Made by a program: the position numbers and the translations under genes. This document shows, piece by piece, positions 1 through 11,300 of a stretch of 60,145 bases of DNA. Source of the stretch: Folioceros fuciformis (Eukaryota); contig JBNGIO010006272.1 in the NCBI GenBank assembly GCA_049999805.1, positions 82,493-142,637 on the forward strand, read 5' to 3'. Each line of letters opens with the position of its first letter. Position 1 is the first letter of the stretch. The notes beneath the pieces were generated by a model that saw only the letters and a list, made by a program, of their open reading frames with translations, did not search any database and was not told where the DNA came from.

Positions 1-262
1 ACTTCAACTTGTAATACTCCTTCGACTTCAACTTGTAATACTCCCTCAACTTCAACTTGTAATACTCCCTTAAACTTCAACTTGTAATACTCCTTCGACT
101 TCAACTTGTAATACTCCCTCAACTTCAACTTGTAATACTCCCTTAAACTTCAACTTGTAATACTCCTTCGACTTCAACTTGTACTACTCCTTTGACTTCA
201 ATTTGTTCTACTCCTTTGACTTCAACTTGTACTACTTCTTCGACTTCAACTTATAATACTCC
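1..262. repeat. Tandem array of 24-25 bp monomers (ACTTCAACTTGTAATACTCC-ttcg/ctca/cttaa) with a 73-bp higher-order period; truncated by the window start
   Basis: Monomers start at 1, 25, 49, 74, 98, 122 and 147 with three tail variants cycling in order; the array decays after ~170. Confidence 0.95.
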
Positions 263-1199
263 TTTAACATTTAATAGTATTTTCTTCAACTTTCTCAATA
301 CTTCCTTCACATTAAAGCCTTTCCAAGTTTACCTGAGTTGGTTTCATACCATTGAAGTTAAAAAATATTCCTCCTCATGTACTTATAACATAAGATAGAA
401 CAACTTCATATTCAAATAACGTAAGATAGAGAAGTCACCTCTTCCGATGTTGGTAATATAAGATAGAAAAGCCGAGATCAACATGTCGAATTTGCACAAG
501 AGATAAAAGCTAGAGTTGGCATAAGATAGAAACCCATGGTTAGGGAGGCCTACTTCGCTTCCTTTTCAATATTTGTGTCACACGAAGTGATGGATCTACA
601 TAGAGAAAATAAGTCATTAGTGATAATTTGTATACAAAGCTTTGCTGTTTTTTATTGGATGATAAACATATAAATCATAAGAAAAAAATACTTTTAATAA
701 TAGACAATAATTTCAAGTGCTCACCAATACAATTGCTTTGATGTTGACTTTCAACTTGAGTAGGTTCATGATCCTTAATCATTGGTGTTTCAAGACTATC
801 GCAATTTGTAAGAGATAAATTTACATAACAATGTCTTCGAGAGCATACATCCAAACTCTCCCTTCGAGAGAAAGATCTTCCGCTCATAAATTGCTGTCTT
901 CCTCCCTCCCAAGCTATAGCATCTTAAAGTATGTTAGAACACAAAAACAAACATAATAGTGAAGAAGCAATCGAACAAACATAATAATGAAAAAAGCAAC
1001 CGAAAAATCTTGAACCATGAATACCGATGTTCCATTCCAACAATAAAAAAAGCCATGGAACAATGGTTCCCACCACTAGGAACCACCACTAGCAACTAAT
1101 TCCAAAATTGATAATTTTAACTACTTACATTCATCTTAAAATCCAATAATAAAAAGGACTCATTTTTCAGTTTCACTTTAAAAGAACACTTACCACCAG

Positions 1200-3135
1200 C
1201 AACAAGTTTTCCAAGTTGAAGGTCTCCGAGATTTCCAAGCTGAAAATCTTCAGCACTTGATAACTGAAAGTAATTTCATCCTTTTTAGTAATAAATTTCA
1301 TAATAATCTTTTGCAGATTGTAAGAACATATATACTTCTTTCCCAAAAGACTCCTCACATACCTCACTGGATATGAGCAAGGGTGTACGAACGTCCTCCC
1401 TCTCATCGCCATGCCATATAATCAAAGCTTTGTCTAAGTTTTGATGATTATCTCTATCCAAAGTTTTGCTCTCAAAATCTTCATGAACTGGCTCAAGCGG
1501 ATATGTAGGCAATGCCAGGGACTCTTCATCTTTAGCATCTGCAGCAACCGTCATTGTGAACCAAGAACCAAGTATCATTCACTACGACCAATCAGCTTGT
1601 GGAGAGAAGTTAGAATTTCTATTGTACATTGTAAGACCCAATAAATAAGCAAATAAAAATTAATACAATGTTTTTAAGCAACATGAAAAACGCAAAAAAA
1701 AATCCATGCACAGCCAAACACATGGTGAGTACAGAAAAGAAGTCAAAATCCCTGGAAAATGGCATCTCCAGAGACATTGGAAATTCCGAACATGGCAGCA
1801 CGGTATAGACGATTTCATAGCTGGAAACATCACGTTCAGGTATGGCACCCTACCAGCATGTGGAACGGCCGGTGGTTGAATGAGATCGGGAGCAAAACGC
1901 ACTCGATGCTGCGACTTCTTCTTCCCCTTTCTTAAGCAGCCAGAACCGGCATCCGAGCTGCCTTCATAAGGAAGGGAAGAAGAAGTCCCTCCCTGCTCAG
2001 TTCCCCGGTCACCACCAGACCCAGACCCGCCGGAAGGGGAACAGATGACTGAAGCTTTGGGACAAGGAAAAACAGAAAGATTCCTAGGCGGAGGAGGTTC
2101 AGGTTCGTCGTCATCGGACTCCACGATCCAAGAGCGGGGGCGTCTCCTCCTCATCCCAGCACGTACGGGCTTGGCAGCGCACGGCGACTTCGAAGGGCCC
2201 GGCACAGCCGAACACTCGTCCTGCTCCCTCCCACTGTCTCCTATGCCCGCACCTCTGGCTGCAACGAGTTCATCCTCCTCCTCCTCCTTTACCAGAAAAA
2301 GAATCCCGCTTTTGACCTGCTGGTACTCCCTGTCCAAAAACTCCTTCAAATCCTTCACGCTATGGTGACCAGAAAAGAAGCCACCGACGCGGAGGGGAAG
2401 TTCCACCGTCCCTCCTTTTCGATTCCGCCGAACGGAGAGCTCGCAGCCATAGTCGCTGCCGGGCTGCCACGCCACCCGCGAGTAAGCACGCGCCATGCCG
2501 AAGAAGTGCAGCCGCGCAGGCGTTGGCGCAGCGCCCTGCCTCTCCTTCTCCCACAATCCTTAATCTCAGACACCGCCGCCGGATTCCTGCACTAGCCGAA
2601 CAGAACAGGCTAAAAATTGCCGGCCGCGCCGAAAACTCCAGAGCCTCCAGATGGACGGCGCCATCTGAGTTCCCGCCAGCAAGCGAATCCCTCCGAATCA
2701 CAACTTCCGGCAGCGAATCGGGATCCTCTCGCGGTTCACGCCTGGCGCCGGATGAAGAGCGTATGCGGTCGAGAGCGGGAGCGGCAGAAATGATAGGCAA
2801 GACGACAGTCTGGCCACGATGTGCACTCAGAGACACCAGAGGCGAGGAGTCATTATTTGAGAGAACGGCAGCGAGAATTCCGCCCTCTGCGGCTCTCTCA
2901 TTCGCTAGCCAGCTCGTCCCTGATCCCGCGACCCGTGCATCGCTTTTGTGCGCGGCACGTCTCAAACTAGTTGCTTCTCGAATGCCGAGATAAACAGTGA
3001 GCTTCCTCGAAAGCTACGGGCCGCAGGGTATTGTATACATACAGCTCCTTCCGCCCCGTTCTCTTACAGACTCTAGGCGGCGGGCACAGCGGCCATCATG
3101 ACACCCGCCTTCGTACTCGCACCTGCGGCCGGGGT
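1200..3135 (-). mobile_element. Copy A of an unknown repeated ORF-bearing element (putative TE or segmental duplicate)
   Basis: Its reverse complement aligns with ~8305-10400. Example: gaaggcgggtgtcatgatggccgctgtgcccgccgcctagagtctgtaagagaacggg vs gaggcgggtgtgataggcgccgctgtgtccgccgcctcgagctgtaagagaacggg. TE status is inferred; no transposase was seen. Confidence 0.5.
1285..2496 (-). CDS. Unknown protein (MARAYSRVAWQ...LRVGGFFSGHHSVKDLKE), probably spliced; paralog of 8893-10203
   Basis: The frame is conserved with the plus-strand copy (LRVGGFF.GHHSVKDLKE, W.VESD.DEPEP, SSDAGSG, RFAPDL.Q..AVP.AG). A second segment shares LDKAL...GD. ATG at 2496. Confidence 0.45.
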
Positions 3136-3439
3136 GTGTCATTTATATTTCCTGTCCTTGGGGTCAGTTGTATTTAATGATAAGTATCCAGTAATTAATG
3201 CATCCGTAACCGTCATAAGTTGCTGTTTGTCATAAGTTGCTGTTTGTGGGAAGTTGTGTAAAACCATTCACCACAAGAGCACCCAATCAGGAAGCACCGG
3301 TCAGCCTAGGATCTAACCTACTCACTTCACCAATTGAATTGTACATCATGCTCAACTCCCATGGTACTCCATTGTAAGCAGGCTCTAAACTGTGCTCAAC
3401 TCTCTTGTTGCAAGTGGACTTCAAATCCTACTCCACTCC

Positions 3440-4600
3440 CATGGCACCTCAATGTGATGCAAGTAGACTCTAGACCATACTCAACTCTCATGATACGGCA
3501 ATGCAGTGCAAGTAGACTCTAGACCATACTCAACTCTCACGGCACGATTATGTAATGCAAGTGCACTCTCTATCGTACTCAACTCTCACAGCACTCTCGA
3601 TCGTACTCAACTCTCACAACACGATAATGCTCTAGATCATTCTCAACTCTCACGGCACGGCAATGTAGTGCAAGTGCACTCTCGATAGTACTCAACTCTC
3701 ACAACATGGCAATGTAGTGCAAGTGCACTCTCGATCGTACTCAACTCTCACAACATGGCAATGTAGTGCAAGTGCACTCTCGATTGTACTCAACTCTCAC
3801 AACACGGCAATGTAGTGCAAGTGCACTCTCGATCGTACTCAACTTTCACAACACGGCAATGTAGTGCAACTGCACTCTCGATCGTACTCAACTCTCACAA
3901 CACGGCAATGTAGCGCAAGTGCACTCTCGATTGTACTCAACTCTCACAACACGGCAATGTAGCGCAAGTGCACTCTCGATTGTACTCAACTCTCACAACA
4001 CGACAATGTAGTGCAAGTGCACTCTCGATTGTACTCAACTCTTACAACACGACAATGTAGTGCAAGTGCACTCTTGATCGTACTCAACTCTCACAACAAC
4101 ACGGCAATGTAGTCACGTCAATGTAGTGCAAGTGCACTCTCAATCGTACTCAGCTCTCACAACACGGTAATGTAGTGCAAGTGCACTCTCGATCGTACTC
4201 ACTCTCGATCGTACTCAACTCTCACAACACAGCAATGTAGTGCAAGTGCACTCTCGATCGTACTCAATTCTCACAACACGGCAATGTAGTGCAAGTGCAT
4301 TCTCGATCGTACTCAACTCTCACAACACAATAATGTAGGGCAAGTGGACTCTAGATCGTTCTCAACTCTCACGACACGGCAATGTAGTGCAAGTGGACTC
4401 TAGATCGTTCTCAACTCTCACGACACGGCAATGTAGTGCAAGTGGACTCTAGATCGTTCTCAACTCTCATGACACAACACGGCAATGCAATGTAATGCAA
4501 GTGGACTCTAGATCGTTCTCAACTCTCACAACACGGCACTATGTTGCAAGTAGACTCTAAATTGTTCTACTCAACCAGCATTAAGTTGTACTCGGTTCTC
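3440..4600. repeat. 49-bp tandem minisatellite (CAACACGGCAATGTAGTGCAAGTGCACTCTCGATCGTACTCAACTCTCA), about 20 copies, decaying on both sides
   Basis: Units start at 3702, 3751, 3800 and onward; degenerate related units continue to ~5000. Confidence 0.95.
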
Positions 4601-5091
4601 ACGATGCAACGCCACGTTGTAAGTACACTAGATCTAAGTTGTACTGAAATCTTACAAGAGAGCTCTTAATCGCATTCAACTCTCACGATACAACATTGCA
4701 AGAAGCCAACACTCAACTCTCAAAACATTGTGCCAAGCTCTAAGTAGCCCACCTATGATTATACGGACTCAACTCTCACAATATGGTGCCAGGTTTGAGT
4801 ACACACCTATTCATTCCACAACTTTGATCGTACCAACCCTCACAACATGTGACTAGGCTCCAAGTAGCTCACGCTACCCATGTACTCATTCCACAACTTT
4901 AATTTGATTGCACTAAAGTCTCACAACATTAGGCTTCAAGTAGCGTACCTATTCATTCCATGAGAGTTAAACGCACAACTTTGATCTTGTACTCAACTCT
5001 CAGAATCTGGCAATAGGGCTTCAAGTTGCCTAATGTGTACCCCACGACTTGCAAACCACTTGCTTGAGGTAGTACTTTATATGTTCTTAAG

Positions 5092-5400
5092 GCTTCCAAT
5101 AGAGTTTGGCGATCTATATCCAAGGAGTTGCCACTTGCTCTCCAAGGGGGTGTGCCACTGGCCTTCCAAGGGTGCTGCCACTCTTCCAATAGAGTTTGGC
5201 GATTAATATCCAAGGAGTTGGCACTTGCCTTCCAAGGGCGCGTCGGTTTAGGGTTCCAAGGGTGCTACCACTACTCTTCTTATAGAGTTTGGCGATCTCC
5301 ATCCAAGGGAGTTGCCACTTGCCTTCTAAGGGGCTACTAGTAGGCTTCCCAAAGGGCCTGCCATTGGTATTCCAAAGGGGTTGCCATTGGTCTTCCAAGG
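5092..5400. repeat. ~90-93 bp tandem repeat, 3 copies, rich in (G)CCTTCCAAG submotifs
   Basis: AGAGTTTGGCGAT..ATCCAAGGAGTTG.CACTTGC occurs at 5101, 5191 and 5284. Confidence 0.85.
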
Positions 5401-5649
5401 GGGCTCCCACTATCCTTTGACTCTAGTCAAGCTTGCTCTCTAAGTTCTTCAGGCTTGCTCTCCAAGCTCTCCACACTAGGCTCACAACCCAATCTTCTCC
5501 TCAAGGAGTGAGTGTTTCCCAAAAGCTTGGCTTTCTAGCCCTTGCTACTTACACATGCATGCATTGAGGAGGAGTGTTCCTAAAAGCCTGGCTTTCCTTT
5601 AGCTTTTGTTGCATACACATGCAACCACCCACTCTCTTAGCAAATTTGC

Positions 5650-5827
5650 ATCAAGCATGCAACACATGCATCTTTAGCAGGGCAATATGAAGCATGCCAT
5701 ACATGCATCTTTAGGTGAGCAACATCAAGCATGCCACACATGCATCTTCAGGTGGGCAACATCAAGCATGCAACACATGCATCTTCAGTTGGGCAACAAG
5801 AAGCATGCAACACATACATCTTCAAGG
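5650..5827. repeat. ~37-bp tandem repeat (AAGCATGCAACACATGCATCTTCAGGTGGGCAACATC), 5 copies
   Basis: The AAGCATGC..CACATGCATCTT core recurs at ~37-bp spacing. Confidence 0.9.
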
Positions 5828-6409
5828 CATCTCTAAATGAGTTTTTATGTTTTTTTTTTTTAACATTCAATTTTCACCTGGTTTTATTTGTGCCCATTGT
5901 TACATACCCTTTGTTGTCAAATGCGTGTCCAAGGAAAACTGAAACAAAAAATTCATCAGTTCTATACTTTATATAATTGGAACTACGTACGAAAACATCG
6001 GTTTATGGCAATGAAAGGGCATCTACTTCAACAACTAAAGGGCAAAGGCTGCTAGGAAGGCGAGGGAAGGGCCCATGGTAGGCACCCTCGCCAACGGCGT
6101 GCGTACGAGACCTTGCAGGACGCCGGAGGGACAGGTGTGAGGGCAACGAAGGAGCCACGAAGGTGGGGGGGCGCTGGGGAGGGCGCCGATTGCGTGTCCT
6201 TTCCACATCTCGGGTGGGGCACCTACCATCGACGCAAGAGTCCTACAGCCTGCACGATGTGTGTGCATGTTTCACGTCTCTTCCCACGAGGAAGATAATG
6301 GCAAGCTCTACACTTTAGGCTTTACTTGTGAATTGCAGTATTCCCGAGGGTACGACCCGCGTGTGTTGTCCGCTTTTCTTGCTCTCGAGAGGGAGCTGGT
6401 TCCTAGATT

Positions 6410-7822
6410 GTGGCTAACAATGCATCGGGCGCCTTACGCTCGACGAAAAAGGAGGAAAAGAAGAAAAAGCTGGTTTCTGGACTTTGGCTGACCCACGGGT
6501 CAAGCCTTCCGAAAGCCATTGAAACTCGCTGGGATGAACTTCGTTCTTCCCGGTTAGAGACCTTCTCAGGCTGTTCTCTGGTAACGCCAGGAATAAGGAG
6601 GACTACGATCGTGGGTCTTGTTGTCGTGTACCAGCATGGCATTGCTGCCAACTCTCCGGACAACAAATTCAAATGTGGAATGACAACAGGACAAACGCTT
6701 GCCTGGTCCGAGAAGAAACTGAACTGCAAGAGCGGTACCACATCAGACATTCCTGCCATCATCTCCAGCATAACACTGACACTTTTCATGGAAGCCTGGC
6801 CTGAGCACTGTGACCTTCCCTTTCCGAGAGCCAGTAGACACTTCACCTAACACTGGAAAGCTGCCCAGCAGGCCATTTTATGGACTGCACACAGCGACGG
6901 ACGACCGCCAGCCAGGCCAGTGTACGAGTACTAGCACTTTCCACCTTGTCACCGGATGTACACGAAGAACGGTCTCAGTGCTGGACAAACTTGAAAGTGA
7001 GCTCATAATGGTCCAGGGGCTGCACTTGCAAGCCAGGCCACTGATCCCACCTTTGCAGGACAGTGCTGCTTCCACCAACTTACTGAAACACAATCGATTG
7101 ATCTCCGGGCCTGAGATTGCAATTTCTGCCTGTCATGCTTCCAAAATCAGTATCATCGATAACAGACCTGCCCCACAAATTCCAACCGAACAAAACTTAT
7201 TACTTGCTGCAGGGTGTCAGCTTGATGCACAAAGGTGTCGGCCACCATCATTTCGCTGTAGTCGGGGCAGCTCGGTAGTGGGTGCCCGTCCAGTCCATCA
7301 TCGACGGAGTGAATCAACTACTTGAGCTCCTTGACAGTTGTTCGAGGATCAGATCCACTATTTTAGTTCCGAATTTGGCTGTGCTTGTATCCTCCCGAGT
7401 CTGGGCAGGAGTTGCAAGCTGCAAATTCGTATTTTGTCACAACCTTCATCTGGCGATCGGGCCATGAAGCATCCAGTTTCCAAAACGGACTCGGGATTGA
7501 AAAATGTGACTGTCACACAAATTGAAAGGTTGGAGGCCTGGAACAAAAAGCTAGCACAAACATTTTTGAGGCAGAACATACAGTAGACAACTTCGATGAT
7601 TCAGTGATCAAGGCGAACATAAAGGAATGTAAACTGTCGCAGAAGGCGAGATTATTGAGCATGGGCAGGAGTGAGGGTGCATGGTGCGCTGCACAGGCAT
7701 GCACTGTACACCTAGCCATGTTCGACACCCTGACTGCAGACTACTGGTTTAATGAATGGAAGGGGTCAAGCTCATCAACGATCGCGAGTTGGAGAGACAA
7801 GCTGCTCCTGAACCCTACGTAG
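6410..7822 (+). pseudogene. Possible decayed, frameshifted coding sequence of unknown family
   Basis: A chain of overlapping plus-strand ORFs (6410-6850, 6810-7325, 7338-7586, 7604-7822) with coding-like composition; no domain recognised. Confidence 0.25.
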
Positions 7823-8116
7823 GAGCATTGTGGGTATGTCCATGACGGAATTATCGTCGGTCTGAAAGATGTCTGAAAGCCTGTGGTTAGTACTGCTAGC
7901 AGCTTAGTGCATCCGCGTATAGCATTCTAGACTGTATGGTCCGAGAGCTTATCGAATTTATTGTGTATGGCGTCCCGAAAGATGCTGACACCACGTGTTT
8001 GAAACACCGCTGACTGTGGAGATGGTGAATTTTGTGCGACGACGTCTCGATCGCCTATGGACCGGACTCAGCGACCCAAACAATTTGAGCAGCACAAACA
8101 CCTAGCTAGCGAGGCA

Positions 8117-8231
8117 AGCACACCCTTCTATTTCCCAGTCTCTGATCATCAACACCTACCGATGTACCGTATGCACACTCTTTTGTTTCCCAGTCTCTGA
8201 TCATCAACATCTAACGAGGTATGCACACCCT
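8117..8231. repeat. Direct duplication of ~56 bp (TTTCCCAGTCTCTGATCATCAACA core)
   Basis: The core occurs at ~8131 and ~8186. Confidence 0.85.
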
Positions 8232-8892
8232 CGAATGCTGAGATATAATCCAGGTCTTTACCACAAGAACAAAAACAATGTCTCAGAATTCCGTGTGTTC
8301 AAGTCAGGAGGCGGGTGTGATAGGCGCCGCTGTGTCCGCCGCCTCGAGCTGTAAGAGAACGGGCATAAGAAGCAGCTGTATGTAGATGATAGCACGGAGC
8401 TTTTGAAAGAAGCTGGCTGTTTACCTAGGCATTCACGAGTCTGCGATCTTGAGACGTGTGGTGAACGTCGGGATCAGGGACGAGCTGGCTAGCGACTAAG
8501 AGGGCCGCTGAAAGCGGAATTCTCGCTGCCTCGATCACTGACTAGGTCTCCGCACCAAAGTCATCGATCCAGAGCACGGCATGGCCAGAGGTTCCCACGC
8601 TCTTAGATCAGTTTTGCCGTTCCCGCTCTAATCCTGTCACGCTCCTCCTGGATCCGGAACGACGCGTGGATACTGATTCGCCACCGGCTAGTTGTGGTTT
8701 GGAGATTTGCTTGGAGGCAGGATCTCAGATTGCGTCGTCCTCCTGAAGGCTCTTGAGTTCTCCACGCGGCCGGCAATTTTCAGCCTCTTCTCTACCATTC
8801 ATTCGCGTAGCAATCCGTCGGCGGCGCCTGAGGATTTTGGCAGCTCTAGAGGTGGGGGCGCTGCGCCTGCACGGCTGCACCTCTTGTGCAGC

Positions 8893-10203
8893 ATGGCGCG
8901 GGTCTACTCGCTGGTGGTGTGGCAGCTCGACCGCGAGGACGTCTGCAGGCTCTTCGTTAGGCGGGAAGGGGGAGGAGGGCCGGTGCAGCTTCGTCTGCGC
9001 GTCGGCGGCTTCTTTGCTGGTCACCACAGCGTGAAGGATCTGAAGGAGAGCATAGTTAGGGAGCGAAAGGAGCATGACAGGAGGATTCGGGCCTTGGTGG
9101 AGGGGCGGAAGGGAGAACCCGTTGCAGCCGGACGTGTGGTCAGAGGAGACATTGAGCGGGAGCATGAGCAGCGTTCGGCTGTGTCTGACCCCTCGCAGAC
9201 GCCGTGCGCTGTGGAGCCGGTGCGAATTCGGACGAGGAGGAGAAGCGTGCGAGCCTGGGTTGTGGAGTCCGATGAAGATGAACCTGAACCGGAACCTGAA
9301 CCTCTTCGGCCTAAGAATTTCGCTTCTCTCGGTGCTTGTCCCAAGGCTTCACTCAGCTGCTCCACTCCCGGAGTACATGGTGGTGAGCAGGGAACTTTGC
9401 AGGGAAGCAACGTGTCTGCCGTTCGGAATGATCAGAGCTCGGATGCCGGCTCTGGCGGCCAGAGGGACCGGAATACGACCCTGAGGCATCCAGGCCGTTT
9501 TGCTCCCGATCTGGTTCAAACGACGGCCGTTCCACAGGCTGGTAGAGTTTCCGACTTTTTTTTGCCGCATTTATATTTTTATCATGAATTTTATAATATT
9601 TTTTATTCATCAAAGTTTGTAATAATTCATACTATAAAGTCTAAATTCTCACCAGAAGTTTGTCCAACTGAAAGTGCTATGTTACCATGGTTTGGTTTCA
9701 ATTCCTTTGTTCCTTCATGAAATGAGAGTCAACATATATGATATGCATTAGAGAAGTATGTCTTATTGAGGGTGGCTGCTGCAGGTGAGGAAGGTGCATA
9801 TGCACAAGACATGTGTGGAACAAATATGTCTCTTGATAAAGAGGAAGGTGCATATGCACAAGACATGTGTGGAACAAATATGTCTCTAGATAAAGCTGTA
9901 CCTATAGGTGGGGATGGTGCACATTCACAAGGCCTGCGTGGAACAAATACATCTCTTGATAAAGCTTTGCTTACTGGTGGAGATGGTGCACATTCACAAG
10001 GCATGGGTGGAGCAAATATATCTGTTTATAAAACGTTGCCTCCAGATAATAGTGAACGGTGTAGAATAATAGAAGAATTGCATTTATCTCCAGAGTTGGT
10101 CATCAAAGACCTCATCGAAACCTTACAGGCAAAAATGGAATCTTACAAGAAAATCTTGGAGGATAGAAGAACGGCGTGCATCTCCAAAGTTGCTCATGAA
10201 TGA
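8893..10203 (+). CDS. Unknown protein (MARVYSLVVWQ...), probably spliced; paralog of 1285-2496
   Basis: ORF 8692-9720 has an ATG at 8893 aligned with copy A. A shared candidate donor GCTG|GTAG lies at ~9542. The downstream ORF 9766-10203 has internal in-frame repeats. Confidence 0.45.
9787..10035 (+). repeat. In-frame 54/69-bp repeats (EEGAYAQDMCGTNMSLDK / GGDGAHSQG..GTN.SLDK)
   Basis: A near-exact 54-bp duplication at 9787/9841 is followed by two diverged units. Confidence 0.85.
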
Positions 10204-10323
10204 TCAGATTGGAAGATAGAAGAACGCAGTGCATCTCCAAAGTTGCTCATGAATGATCAGATTGGAAGATATAAGAATGGCATGCATCTCCAAAGTTGCT
10301 CATGAATGATCAAGATTGGAAGC
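10157..10323. repeat. ~56-bp tandem triplication (GCATCTCCAAAGTTGCTCATGAATGATCAGATTGGAAG)
   Basis: Three near-identical copies. A separate ~62-bp duplication (GGATTGAAGAATGAATGCAGTTCAACAATGAAAAG) sits at 10439/10500. Confidence 0.9.
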
Positions 10324-11300
10324 TGACCGGCAAAGAGTAGGATGAACAAACACGGTACCCTTCAATTGTTAAGATTAAAAGATCTCCAACTTGGAGAGAG
10401 ATCTCCAAGGAAGTCTCTTATAAAGTGTGGTATCACATGGATTGAAGAATGAATGCAGTTCAACAATGAAAAGTTCCTTTTGAAGTATATGGATCATACG
10501 GATTGAAGAATGAATGCAGTTCAACAATGAAAAGCCCAAAAGAGCAATACTGGTAGAAAGAAGACCAAAAAAGTAGTTGCCCTAATATTGATAGGAGCTA
10601 TAGTATTAAGAAGTCAGAGAAGAATGTCACACGTGTCCTGGAGGGCTGGACATGTGCGTCACTTGAATAATTGTTTAAATTATATATATATATATAACTT
10701 GTAACAAACTGCTATATATAATATATCAAATAATTTATGAACATGATTGCACAAGTGTCCAAAGGGAGATATCGGCGCATGCTTCACGCTTTGCGTCCAC
10801 TGGAGTGGATCATTGCGCAGACCCGGCACTTGTTGGAAGCGCAGCGGGCTGCCAATTTTGGGTCGTGGTTCGTGGTCAGCATCAGAAGGAGGGACAAATG
10901 CACATGCCCCTTGGCAGCTGTAGCCGCAGAATCGGGAGCTGTCGAATAGACTTGTCAGACAGGAAACAATAAACGAACGGTACGGCTGGTGAGCACAGGG
11001 GCTCCACGCTCCACCGATTCCCCTATGTGCAGCGTGAGGCCCTCCCAATTTCACCTCGACGGACAGTGAGTGGAGGCGAGACAGGCCAACATCACTCCCC
11101 CACTCGTTGTAACTGTGAAGTTGCCTCACGCCAGCCGGGCCATGGGATGAACGGCCTGTAACTGGATGCCCGGGCCTGGTTTTGACGAGCGGTGATCTGT
11201 GTTTATGTGACGGCTCGGGTTCCAGGTCCAGGTCCACGTCCAGTCCAGGCTCCCGACCACATGGGCCCGGCGCCGGGGACGCTGGAACGCGGTGGCGGCA

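Larger units (their letters stand above)
8305..10540 (+). mobile_element. Copy B of the unknown repeated element, inverted relative to copy A
   Basis: Homology to copy A covers ~550 bp upstream of the ATG, the GC-rich ORF, and patches of the AT-rich tail. Confidence 0.5.

Noticed and set aside
3440-4600. CRISPR-like array
   Set aside because: Units are contiguous near-identical repeats with no unique spacers; there are no cas genes and the context is eukaryotic.
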